DNA of 64,000 nucleotides from Octopus sinensis. Its lineage: Eukaryota. Under the pieces are notes generated by a model, which saw only the letters and a list, made by a program, of their open reading frames with translations, had not been told where the DNA came from and ran no database searches. How positions within the stretch are numbered: the first letter of the stretch is position 1; each line of letters starts with the position of its first letter. Of this stretch, positions 13,099 to 24,714 are shown piece by piece. The stretch is taken from contig NC_043004.1 of assembly GCF_006345805.1 (NCBI RefSeq), forward strand, positions 48,546,001 to 48,610,000. Reading direction: 5' to 3'. The translations under genes and the position numbers were made by a program.

Positions 13099-13492
13099 AG
13101 GCGCAGGAGTGGCTATGTGGTAAGTAGCTTGCTAACCAACCACATGGTTCCAGGTTCAGTCCCACTGCGTGGCATCTTGGGCAAGTGTCTTCTGCTATAG
13201 CCCTGGGCCGACCAATGCCTTGTGAGTGGATTTGGTAGACGGAAACTGAAAGAAGCCTGTTGTATATATGTATATATATATATGTGTGTGTGTGGGGGGG
13301 GGGGTGTCTGTGTTTGTCCCCCTAGCATTGCTTGACAACTGATACTGGTATGTTTACGTCCCCGTCACTTAGCGCTTCGGCAAAAGAGACCGATAGAATA
13401 AGTACTGGGCTTACAAAGAATAAGTCCCGGGGTCGATTTGATCGACTAAAGGCGGTGCTCCAGCATGGCCGCAGTCAAATGACTGAAAAGAG
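13099..13492 (+). mobile_element. tRNA-derived SINE, family A (near full length)
   Basis: A-box-like tggtaagtagc, B-box ggttcagtccc, internal TA/TG tract, tail ggtgctccagcatggccgcagtcaaatgactgaaaagag; many copies in window. Confidence 0.9.
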
Positions 13493-13499
13493 TATATAT

Positions 13500-13660
13500 A
13501 TATATCATCATCATCATCATTTAGCGGGTGCTTTTTACATGCCACCTGCACATGTGCCAGACAGGGCTGGCAAACAGCCACGGACAGATGGTGCTTTTTA
13601 CGTGCCACCGGCACGGGGCCAGGCGAGGGTGGCAATGGCCATGATCGGATGGTGCTTTTT
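13500..13660 (-). mobile_element. Family C (RTE-tailed, minisatellite-bearing) fragment
   Basis: (CAT)n tail then ggtgctttttacgtgccaccggcac units. Confidence 0.7.
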
Positions 13661-13669
13661 ATATGTATG

Positions 13670-13707
<38 letters not shown>

Positions 13708-13792
13708 CATATATATGTATGTATATATATATATATTATATATATATATATGTATGCATATATATGTATGTATATATATATATATATATATA

Positions 13793-14010
13793 ATGGCTCA
13801 GTGGTTAGGATGTTGGACTCATGATTATAAGATTGTGATTTCAATTCATGGACTAGGTGACGCATTGTATTCTTGAGCAAAACACTTCATTTTGTGTTGC
13901 TCCAGTCCACTCAGCTGGCAAAAATGAGCAGTCCTGTGACGGACTGGTGTCCTTTCCAGATGTGGAACTTATATGCCATGGAAACCTTATGAGTCAGCAT
14001 GACCTGAGAA
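13793..14010 (+). mobile_element. tRNA-derived SINE, family D-like
   Basis: atggctcagtggttagg head; cttgagcaaaacactt...gttgctccagtccactcagctgg body. Confidence 0.6.
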
Positions 14011-14039
14011 GGTAACTTTACTTTTTCCTAAATGAAAGG

Positions 14040-14290
14040 CATTTGATTCCCGTTATACACAGCCTTTCTCTCAAGTCATCTCTACTATATTGTTCATGCA
14101 TAATGATGAAACATTCAGCAAATTATGCTCACCTTATTTCTTTCTAGCCCTTATAAGCCCTCTGACTTCAAAGGCTCAGGTTTCACAACCATATAACTCT
14201 GCACTTCATTTACAAACGACATACTACCTACCCTCCACTCTTACCTAAAGGAGAGGCTTTTTGATCCCAGCAAAGACCTTGAATTTTTTT
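14040..14290 (-). mobile_element. Old RTE-like LINE remnant
   Basis: Minus strand gttatatggttgtgaaacctgagcc resembles the LYGCETWA motif; heavily decayed. Confidence 0.4.
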
Positions 14291-15730
14291 CCTCAACTAT
14301 TGTTACTGTTCTACTTCCCCAAACACACACCTTTTATATATGTATATATCATCATCATCCTTTTTTCATGCCGACATGGGTTGGATGATTTAACAAAAGT
14401 AGATGAGCCAGAGGGGTTGTCAGGTTTTTGTGTGTATATACACACATGTATGCATGTCTGTCTGTATGTATGTATGTAAAGGTCTAATAATTGGTAGCAT
14501 GAAGTGCTAGAGAAAGCCTGCACTCTTATGCAAGTATGGCAGAAAGATCACTGAAATGGGTAATGATTGTGGCTTAGATACTCTTGCTGCATTCATCCTC
14601 TATTCTCCCCTCCAACTTCTGTAATGCCTTCCCTCCTCCTTTTCTCTCAATGATTTTATTACATTCATTCACTGCACCTACATTTCTCTGCCTCTCTTAC
14701 TCTCACTGACCCTCTCCTCATGTCTTCTTCATCTCCACAACATCCTCTGATCTCTCTCCCTCTCTCTGCCCTGCAACAACACCCCAACCTCTCTTTCACT
14801 GAGCTTCACCCCACAGCTTCTCCAGCTCACCACCCTCATCCCTATCTCTTTCATACACCTGTTAAAACAAATTACACATCCATATTGGTTTCAAATTTTG
14901 GCACAAGGCCAGCAAGTTCAGGGGAGGGGGCTAAGTAAATTACATCAACAGGTACTTATTTTATCGACCCCAGAAGGATGAAAGGCATGGTCAACTTTGG
15001 CAGAATTTGAACTCAAAATGTAAAGATGGATGAAATGCCGCTAAGCATTTTGCCTGGTGTGCTAACAATTCTGCTAGCTTACTGTCTTATAATCCTACGT
15101 CCATATTAAGTCCTACAATGTGAGACAACACTGGACAACCATTACTCCACCTTCCCAAAGGTCCTTACTACTGTATCTCTTTCTCACACAGCCCTGATAT
15201 GGTTCTTTCCCTTCCCCTGTCCCATCCATTCCTTCCCCAACTGTACCTCTTCCGCTACTATTCATACCACTAATACTCTCTTACAACAATCAACATGTTC
15301 CTCCCATTACATTTTTACATTCACCTACAGTCATCAATCTCTCTCTTATTCTCCCTCTTAGGCATAGTAACTCTTTAGTCTTGCTGGTTACAAGGCAATC
15401 TCACTAGTGCTGGTGCTATGGAAATAGTATGCAGTACGTTCTGTAAAATATTTGGCAAATTGAGAAGAGAGGACTAAGGTTAAAAGGACTCTTCAGTCTT
15501 GCTAAGGGCATGGCAGCCACTCTAACGATGGTATTATGAAAAACATGTGCCTTTTACATTAAGTAACATGGTTGATATCAAGAAAGGCATTCAGACATAG
15601 AAGAACCATGTCAAAACTGAAATGTTTGAGTGAGATATAGTCCTCTGACCTGTCAGATCCTGTCAAACTGTCTGACCCATGCCAGCATGGAAAACAGGCA
15701 TGAAAATATGAGGATTTTCATCATCATCAT

Positions 15731-15960
15731 TGTGTGGTTGAGAAGCTTACTTCACAACCATTTGGTTTCAGTGTTAATCCCACTGTGTGGCACCTTGGAT
15801 GATTCGTATAGCCCCAAGCTGACCAAAGCCTTTTGAGAGGATTTGGTAGATGTAAAAAATAAAAGAAGCCTGTTGCTTGTATATGTATGTGTATGTGTAT
15901 GTTTGTGTGTACTCTTATCTTTGACACCATGTGATGACTGTGAATTAGCATCACCGTGTC
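15731..15960 (+). mobile_element. SINE family A, diverged
   Basis: gtgtggttgagaagc...cccactgtgtggcaccttgg...ccaaagcc...gatttggtaga. Confidence 0.7.
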
Positions 15961-16169
15961 ATACAAGGTTGGGTAGGGAGAGAGAAATTTAGAGGATGTT
16001 GTGGAGGTGAAGAAGATATGGGGAGAGGGTCAATGAGAGAAAACAAAAAAGGCAGTGGAATTTAGGAGCGGTGGATAAATGTAATAGGAACTCACTTGGG
16101 CTATGACACTTCACCCAACCTATATCATTCTGTAGAGAAATGATGATAATGAACTTGATGCGTTGTTGA

Positions 16170-16540
16170 GGAATTTGCCTTCATGTGATCTTGAGTCGAG
16201 CCCTACTGCGGGGCACTCTGGACAAGTGTCTTCTACTATAGCCCCAGGCCAAACAAAGCCTTATGAATGGATTAGGTAGGCAGAAACTGAAAGAAACCTG
16301 TCGTGTGTGTGTGTATTCATGTCTTGAAATCACGTTATTTTGTAAGAGAGCATCACCATTATACAAACGATTTTATTCGTTTCTAGTCTTCCATGGAAAA
16401 CATGCCTGGCCATGGGGAAATCATTATCTTACTTGGAAACAGGTGAGGGTTGACGATAGGAAGGGTAGCCAACCAGAGAAAATTTATATGAAAGCTTTCC
16501 ATCTGATCCATGGAAAAGTGGACGCTAAATGACGATACGT
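16170..16540 (+). mobile_element. SINE family A head joined to an RTE-type tail
   Basis: caagtgtcttctactatagcc...ccaaacaaagccttatg; tail aggaagggtagcca...catggaaaagtggacgctaaatgacgat. Confidence 0.6.
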
Positions 16541-16589
16541 TTCTATGTAAATGTGTAAAAAGAAGAAGAATGAATGAAAGTGAAAGAAA

Positions 16590-17372
16590 ATTCTAATTCT
16601 TAGCAATCGACATTACATCAAGGTAGACACATCCAATACTTCAATGAATGGTTGCGAATATATTACGTTTGCGAAAATGACTCCAGGTAAACTCTTGTAA
16701 ATTGAGATTGCCCGAAGTTTCATAACTGACGCGGTATATACTTTTGAGGAAATGTCATATTCTTTTCAAAGTGTTCCGTACGTAACGCTGCATCGCTTGG
16801 TAGGATTGTTTTAACAGCTTTATAGGGACTCGGACAAACCAATGCAGTAGGGACTCTACATGCACAACAACGGCATTCAGAGATTAGCTTTAGGCTCCTA
16901 AATCCGTAGGACCCTTTAGCAACTGCCTACTACGGCGATACCTTAACATCCTGCGTGTTCAAATAATTTTCGTAAGTTTGCCCGATGCTTTTAGTTAGCC
17001 CGGACACCTGGAAAACATGAACAGTACATCACAAGTGATACACAGAATAAGCAAGGTGTTCAGACGGCACTCATCGTTGGGGATTTGAGAAATGATTGAC
17101 TGTATTTTAATGTAATAGATTTCCTTTGTTCCCTGGCAGTATATATACAAAAATTTAAAGATCGCCCACGCATAATTATATATATATATATACACTAATT
17201 TATAATTAAATCAAAGGGTGCGGATAGAACCCACCAACACGCTAGAAATAGACGCCAAATGGCTCTAAAAACCGCCTACGTTAGCACAGGTTGCAAGCGG
17301 ACATGTTATTAGTGACACGTTTGTATATATACGTGTATAACATGCATACATACGTATATATATATATATTAT

Positions 17373-17414
<42 letters not shown>

Positions 17415-19080
17415 GTGTGTGTGTGTGTGTATGATGCATACATGAGTGTTTGTCTCCGTGTTTATGTTTATACCGATCTAAAACCGGTGTCGTTTATTTG
17501 TTTCTTTTCCTGTGGTAGCAGTTCGACAAATAAAAGTCGATAAAATAAGCATCAGACAGTAATAAATACTCATGTCGATATGATTTACAAAACCATTGAG
17601 GGATGTATTCCAACATGTAGCAAAAAACGAAAAATAATATAAATTCACACGTTTTCAATGTGGTATGAGTGTCAACACTTCAGGGTGGATTTCATTTATT
17701 GCCAATATTAAGTAAATTTATAAAACATGGTATATCTAAGCTTCTATTCGAAGTGACATTAGGGTCGAGGAAATACAACGTAAAGAAAATAAATTGATAG
17801 AAGAAAAAGTAAACAAATTTCGGTGCGAATAAATCATCACGGGGTACATAAAACATATTTACACCGGGTGAAGAAGACCTGTAGCGGATTGTTAAATAGT
17901 GTTTACTAAAGTCCATTTGACATTTCTGTGTACGTGTGTGTGTGTGTGTGATCAGCTGCCGGTATGTAAGTGTGCTTATAAACAGATCCACTGGCCCGGA
18001 TTAAAAATTAAGGGCACAAGACGGAGTGAGGGAACCAGTTTTATTTTTCTTTCTTTTGCAGTTTCGGATTTCCTATGTTGTGACTGAACCAGGCCTTTAT
18101 AGAAAAAAAATTATAATAATAACAGAAAAAAATGAAACGTTGTGCAATTTGTATTTTCCCCTGTTATCCTGGTTGGAATAAATAATTAAAAAAAAAAAAG
18201 ACAACCCATTTAAAGGTTGTCATGTGCTGTGTCTCAAAGAAAAACGAATTTTAGATCCATTATTTCAAATTCACCATTTATTTCTGAATGTCTTGCGAGT
18301 CAGGGAAGGGTTGAGGGTCACCTTCGCTGGGTTTCGCTTAGGGGCATTTGGCTCTGCTTGTAACATACAGTCGTTTTAATAAGTCATCATACTGATCAAT
18401 AAATTTATACTCGTTTATTTATTTTTATTTTTCTAATAATATAAAAGTAAATAGTCAGAATAAGAGAAGTGTGTGTTTCCGCCTTTGTGTAAGGATCTGT
18501 GTGTTTAATTGTCGAAGCGGAAGGTAGTATTGCGATTCGATTTCAAATCCTAGTTTGATCCTCTTACCCTCCTGTCAAAATGTTGGGTTGTATATAATGA
18601 ATATGTATATGTGTGTGTGTGTGTGTGTGTAATATAACAGGAAATTACTCACAGATTCTGGTTAGTAAAATAAGAGCCAACGACCGAATGTCTGATAGAA
18701 TGTAATCTCAGCCGGTTGAAATGATGTTGTTTGTATGAGAACAGACACAGGGACAATGTCAGAGAAAGGGGGGAGACGCAGAGATAGTGTATGAGAGAAA
18801 GAGAGGGGGAGGGAGGGAAGAAACACAGGGGCAGTGTGAAAGAGAGAAACAAAGACAACGTGAGAGAAATGGGGGGCGGGGGTGACACGGGAACAGTGTG
18901 AGGAAGAAAGAAACACATCGACAGAATGTGATAGAATGGTTGTCTGAAAACATACCTCTACTTTTAGACTCTACGTTTTTACGTCTTTTGCTTGCTTACC
19001 TTGTCGAACATGTTTCTTCTCATAATCTCTATCTAGCTATCTATATGTCCATGTATCACCTCGCGTCAACACTTTCTTTA
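16590..19080. promoter_or_regulatory. CpG-undepleted island, probable promoter / 5' end of a gene
   Basis: Roughly 30 CpGs in 16600-17320 alone in non-repetitive DNA, versus near absence in flanking unique DNA and old LINEs; GA-rich tract 18740-18920; CCAAT near 16840. Confidence 0.45.
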
Positions 19081-19186
19081 TTTCAGTTTTCCGTATAATT
19101 TTCTTGTAGTAAATTAACTAGATTTTCTATTTCATTTTTACATGCGTACAGAAAGACAGACACACAGATAGGTAGAATGATAGATT

Positions 19187-19210
19187 GATAGATAGATAGA
19201 TAGATAGATC

Positions 19211-19266
<56 letters not shown>

Positions 19267-19323
19267 CATGGATAGATGGATGGATGGATGGACGGACGGA
19301 CGGACGGACGGGCGGGCGGGCGG
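19187..19323. repeat. Compound tetranucleotide microsatellite GATA>GATG>GACG>GGCG
   Basis: Direct inspection. Confidence 0.95.
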
Positions 19324-19674
19324 CAGATATAGGCTATCTACTTCGGTCTGTCTCTTACCCTATACATAGTTCTTCCTCATAGAATTCCCCTGTCTCTCTC
19401 TTTCTGTGTAGCCAAAGTTGTTTCCTGCTCATACTGCTCTCCTCATTCGTTATTTATTCACCATGTTCTATATTTTTAGATCTGATTTCTAACTATATTT
19501 CCCTCTTCTTTCCACCTTATATATATATATATGTATAAAAATTAGAGAAGAATCACCATGTAGCAACTCAACAATGATATATATATATAAGTATATATAT
19601 TTATATATATATATATATATATATACTCTTTTACTTGTTTCAATCATTTGACTGCAGCCATGCTGGAGCACCGC

Positions 19675-19712
<38 letters not shown>

Positions 19713-19759
19713 ATATATATATATATATATATATATGTGTATATATATATATATTATAT

Positions 19760-19809
<50 letters not shown>

Positions 19810-19889
19810 TATATTATAGATATATATATATATTTATGTTCCAGCTAAGAGCTGCGGCCATGCTGATGCACCACCATTTTACTACACTG

Positions 19890-21275
19890 TTATTACTAAG
19901 AGCCTCCTCCAATATGTGGCACTTGATGAAGAATGGAGTTTGATATAGCTACCCTCATTTGCACCTCTTGCCATGAGGTAGGCTCATCTGGGACTCTTGA
20001 CATGAAGAGGTCCAGCTTTGATTTAAAAACCCCTACATCTACTTTGTGCAAGTTCCTCTGACTCTTTGGGAGAATATTAAAAAGCTGTGGGCCCTTGAAA
20101 CCCAGGCTGTTGCAGAAGCTGGTCCTGAAGCGTGATGGCATTGCTGGGATCTTTGGCACTATGCAGTGTCGTCCCGTTCTAGCATCGGTATAGCTTACAA
20201 TGCCAAAATTTGGCACAATTCCTTCCAGGATCTTCCAGACATATATTACTGCATACCTCTCCCGTCTTCTCTCCAGGGAGTAGAGTCTTAGCTGTTTCAA
20301 CCTTTCCCAGTAGCTGAGCTGTTGCAAAGAGACGATCTTCTTTGTGAATCTTCTCTGGATTGCTTCAAGGTCCGCTGTTAATTTCACACTGGTGGGTGAC
20401 CATTGTTGTGAGCAGTAATCCAGGCGGCTGAGGATGAATGTCCGCCAGAGGACCATCATGGTTTCCTTATCTCTGGTTCTGAATGTTCTTAGGATCCATC
20501 TAGCCAGGCTGCACTTCGTCGCTATCCTGGTAATGTGGACTTGGAAAGAGGTATCATCACTCATGTCAATACCCAGGTCCCTCACTGACTTAGGCTCTGG
20601 GATTGAAATTCCCTGTGGACCGGTGTACCCTGTAGGTTTAATATTCAGTTTTGGATGCTGGTAGTGCAGGGCCTGGAATTTTTCAGCATTAAACTGCATA
20701 TTATTATCGTCAGCCCATCTGTAAATTGAGTCTAACTCCTGCTGCAGGTGTGCAACATCGCTGGGGTTCTGTATTTTCTGCAAGACTTTCGTATCATCTG
20801 CATAGCTTGCCAGAATGGCTATCCGGGCATTTGAGGGCATATCTGAGAGGGCCACTATAAAAAGCAGTGGTCCCAAAACAGTGCCCTGTGGAACACCAGT
20901 TACTACTTGTGTGTTCATAGAGGTGGCTCCATTAGCCACTACTGCCTGACTCCTATCTTTCAGGAAGTCATGTAACCACTCTCTAAGTTTTCCAGCTATG
21001 CCAAGGTCATGCAGTTTGTGGCATATCATACCATGATCCACATTGTCAAAAGTTTTTGTAAAATCAAGGTATATTACGTCCACATTTGATTTGTTGAGTT
21101 ACTGTCTCAACATCCAGTCATAATGTTGTAAGAGCTGAGTCAGGCAGCTCCTACCTGGTCGAAAACCATGTTGGGTATCACTCAGCAAGTTATTTTCTTC
21201 AAGGAATGCAATTAGTTTCCCTCTGACTATACGTTCCATGATTTTGCTGATATGTGATGTCAGAGAGAGAGGCCT
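19890..21275 (-). mobile_element. CR1/L2-group LINE, 5'-truncated
   Basis: QHGFRPGRSCLTQLL upstream of one stop, then continuous RT ORF; same superfamily as 49865-52990. Confidence 0.9.
19896..21083 (-). CDS. Non-LTR reverse transcriptase domain plus C-terminus (LINE ORF2 fragment, 395 aa)
   Basis: DVIYLDFTKTFDNVDH, GVPQGTVLGPLLF, YADD, RDLGI, SRLDYCSQQWSP, RLKQLRLYSLERRRER. Confidence 0.9.
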   Translation of the reverse strand: MDVIYLDFTKTFDNVDHGMICHKLHDLGIAGKLREWLHDFLKDRSQAVVANGATSMNTQVVTGVPQGTVLGPLLFIVALSDMPSNARIAILASYADDTKVLQKIQNPSDVAHLQQELDSIYRWADDNNMQFNAEKFQALHYQHPKLNIKPTGYTGPQGISIPEPKSVRDLGIDMSDDTSFQVHITRIATKCSLARWILRTFRTRDKETMMVLWRTFILSRLDYCSQQWSPTSVKLTADLEAIQRRFTKKIVSLQQLSYWERLKQLRLYSLERRRERYAVIYVWKILEGIVPNFGIVSYTDARTGRHCIVPKIPAMPSRFRTSFCNSLGFKGPQLFNILPKSQRNLHKVDVGVFKSKLDLFMSRVPDEPTSWQEVQMRVAISNSILHQVPHIGGGS

Positions 21276-21276
21276 A

Positions 21277-21308
<32 letters not shown>

Positions 21309-21424
21309 TTTATGTAAATTTATATATATATAAAGTTAATCCAAACAAGAAAGCACAAAAAAACACAACAACGCGAGGACATGGAACAAATATAGTATTA
21401 TTGGATGCTCAGGAAAGAAGGAGG

Positions 21425-21459
21425 GTTTAACGTTTCGAGCAGAGCTCTTCATCGGAAAC
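21425..21459 (-). ncRNA. Minimal type I hammerhead motif (U4C variant)
   Basis: Minus strand GTTT-CCGATGA-A-GAGC-tct-GCTC-GAA-ACGT-T-AAAC; palindromic ACGT; GUU site. Confidence 0.65.
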
Positions 21460-21522
21460 ATAGGAGAAGGGAAGACAGAGGAAAAAAATCGCCAACGGTA
21501 CACACGAGGTCACATTTTGAAA

Positions 21523-21932
21523 AGCTTTTTTCTTATTTTTATAAGAATGCCATATTAGTATGGCGATAACCATTATTTTCCGGGAACGCTGCCGCTGTTC
21601 TCTTTTAGAGAGACTTAGTTACTTTAATATTTCTATTATTGAAAACAAGGGGATGTATTCCACCGAAACTAGGTAAATAAAACCATCGAACAGAGATTGT
21701 CGGAAGCGACACCTACTGGCTGGCTACGCTGCATTGAAAAGGGGCAATACCCCGAAACGCGTCTGTAGCTGCCGGTCAAGTAGTGTGGAGCGACTGACCT
21801 CCCTTGTTCGAAGGTTATATGGATACAGTTTGTGTATCAAATAGCTAACTTAAGGCGATGGCCTCATGGAGCTAATAAGCGGACAGCTTTTTTCTTATTT
21901 TTATAAGAATGCCATATTAGTATGGCGATAAC
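21523..21932 (+). mobile_element. Retrozyme / Penelope pseudo-LTR-like unit, 362-bp period with 48-bp terminal direct repeat
   Basis: 21523-21570 identical to 21885-21932; contains hammerhead at 21728-21769; CpG-rich (young); ends in (TA)n. Confidence 0.7.
21728..21769 (+). ncRNA. Minimal type I hammerhead with U3-A8 core
   Basis: GCTGCA-TTGAAAA-GGGG-caata-CCCC-GAA-ACGCGT-C-TGTAGC; 6-bp stem I, palindromic ACGCGT, GUC site. Confidence 0.8.
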
Positions 21933-21935
21933 TAT

Positions 21936-21990
<55 letters not shown>

Positions 21991-22077
21991 ATATATTATA
22001 TTTATATATATATATTATTTATATATATATATATTATTTATATATATATATATTTATATATATATATATATATAATA

Positions 22078-22128
<51 letters not shown>

Positions 22129-22479
22129 TATATATATATTATATATTATATATTTATATATTATATATATATATTTATATATATATATTTATATATATAT
22201 ATATATATTTTATATATATATATATTTATATATATATATATATATTATATATATATATATATATTTTATATATATATATATTATATATATAATATTATAT
22301 ATATATATATAATATATTTATATATATAATATATATTTATATATATATATATTTAATATATATATATATATATTAATATATATATATTTATATTATATAT
22401 ATATATATTTATATATATATATATTTATATATATATATCTATATATATTTATATATTTATATATATATATATTTATATT

Positions 22480-22513
<34 letters not shown>

Positions 22514-22696
22514 TATATATATATATTATATTTATATATATATATATTATATTTATATATATATATATTTATATATATATATTTATATATTATATTTATA
22601 TATATATATTTATATATATATATTTATATATATATAATATATATATATATATTTATATATATTATATTATATATATATATTTATATATACATTTAT
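21933..22696. repeat. ~760-bp imperfect (TA)n/(TAT) tract
   Basis: Direct inspection. Confidence 0.95.
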
Positions 22697-24120
22697 ATGT
22701 GTGTGGCAGGTGACTTCAATGGACATGTTGGATGGCATGTCGGGGGCTTCCATAGCGTACATGGAGGCTACGGTTTTGGTTCTCGCAATGAGGAGGGAAC
22801 CAGGCTGCTGGAGTTCTGCGATGCAAATGACCTTATGGTTTGCAATACCAACTTCAGGAAACCAACCTCTCACCTAGTCACCTACCGTTCTGGCAGACAC
22901 ACTAGCCAGATTGACTACATCCTCGCCAGAAAGAGGGAAAGAGGGCTGCTTATAAATGCCAAAACCTTCCCGGGCGAAGAATGAAGTCCTCAACATAGAT
23001 TAGTAGTTAGCGACTTCAGGATCAGGGCTAAATGGCTGCCCAGAAGAAGACCAGCTTGGAGGAGAAGGGTCTGGAAGCTTAAAGATCCTGCAAATGGACA
23101 GAGATTTAGAGACGTACTACTCAAAGTCTTCGATGAAATAGAAGGGGATATAGCTTCACATAATGTGGAAGAAAACTGGAGGTTTCTACGGGACAATCTG
23201 CTGACAGCCACTGAACAGATCTGTGGATGGAGCAAAGTCCCATCTCGACCCAAGGTAATGTGGTGGTGGAACAATGTGGTTGACAGGGCTATTAGACAAA
23301 AGAAACAGGCTTGGAGGGACTGGAAGAACGGAGGTAGCAGGAAATCGTATCAGACTGCCAGAAGGGAAGCTAGGAGACAGGTTTATTTAGCCAGAGGGGA
23401 AGCAGATGAGAAAAAATTTGCCAATGTTCTGTGCTGTGAGGACGAGAGACTTGAGATGTTTCGTGTAGCAAGACAGTGTGTGAGAGAATCGTGATGTGGT
23501 AGGAGAGAAATGTGTTCACATGGATGATGGTTCACTTGCGCTAAATGAGGATGCAAAGAGAGAGGTTTGGAGATGCCACTATAAAAGGTTGCTGAATAAA
23601 GAAAATGAATGGGATAAAGAGAGTCTGCCGAATGTCGACCCAACAGAGGGACCAGCTATCCAAGTTGAGAGTTCTTTGGTAGTTAAGGCAATTAGAAGCA
23701 TAAAGACAGGGAAAGCCTCAGGCCCATCAGGAATTACTGCAGAGATGCTCAAAATATCTGGCAGTGTCGGCTATGGCCTAGTCACCCGTATAGTTAACCA
23801 GGTGATACACGAAGGAGTCATACCCAATGACTGGTGTAGCAGCATAATAGTCAACTGCTACAAAGGTAAAGGTGACGCCCTTGATACAAATAATTACAGA
23901 GGTATCAAGCTGTTGGATCAGGTGATGAAGGTTACAGAGAGGGTCATAACCCAACTGATTAGGGAGAGAGTCAACTTGGATGAGATGCAGTTTAGTTTCA
24001 TGCCAGGGAAAAGCACCACTGATGCCATATTTCTGGTGAGACAGCTGCAGGAGAAATACCTAGCCAAAGTTAAACCTCTGTACCTGGCTTTCGTTGACAT
24101 GGAGAAAGCCTTTGACATGA
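22697..24120 (+). mobile_element. RTE-clade LINE ORF2 fragment (AP-endonuclease end plus RT start)
   Basis: [26 protein letters not shown] region, KTGKASGPSG, NYRGIKLL, MQFSFMPGKSTTDAIF, FVDMEKAFD; a few stops/frameshifts. Confidence 0.92.
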
Positions 24121-24178
24121 TTGATTAATTAAAAGCATTGTGAATAAATAAGCATAATCTGAGTGATAAAGGGGTTAA

Positions 24179-24385
24179 CCCCTTCATTACCATTTATTCT
24201 GAAATATACTGCCTTTTTAATTAATTTTTAAAATAATGAAGAATCTATTAAAATAACTTTGATTATTAGGCTATTGTTTCAAACATATATCAACATAAAT
24301 TTTTGTTGGAAGGTTTTAATTTAGAACGTTTTAAAACAGGAATTTGTCATATCATAGAATCAAGGGCAGGTTGGGAGCAAAAGTG
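24179..24385. mobile_element. piggyBac-type MITE (second family, degenerate)
   Basis: ttaa-cccctt ... aaaagtg-ttaa; shares gaaatatactgcc body with 27128 and 55324 copies. Confidence 0.55.
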
Positions 24386-24714
24386 TTAAAGCAGGATTTT
24401 TTTTTTCATCCATTAGAAATGGGGAAGGGCATTGCCCTTAGCTCCTTTTCACCTGGTGGGTTAAAGGGAAGGAGAAAGTTACCCTCAAACTGGATGCATT
24501 AACCAAAATGTTTACTACAAAATAGATTCAGCTGAAGCAACTCAATGTACCAAGTGGTGATGTTAAGCCAGGTAACAGATTAAGACCATCGTTGTAGAGT
24601 TAGTGCCGGATGTATACAGTCAGTGAGAAACGGATGTCATTGCAGTAAGAGTTTAGAAAAAGGACAACTCATAAAAGAAACTATAGTATGAGCAGTTTTA
24701 TATATTACGAGTAT

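Noticed and set aside
13099-13180. tRNA-like heads of SINE families A, B and D
   Set aside because: A/B boxes present but no complete cloverleaf; they continue into SINE bodies, so not tRNA genes.
21639-21680. Second TTGAAAA...GAAAC motif in the 362-bp unit
   Set aside because: Stem I does not pair and there are three extra linker bases; not listed as a separate ribozyme.
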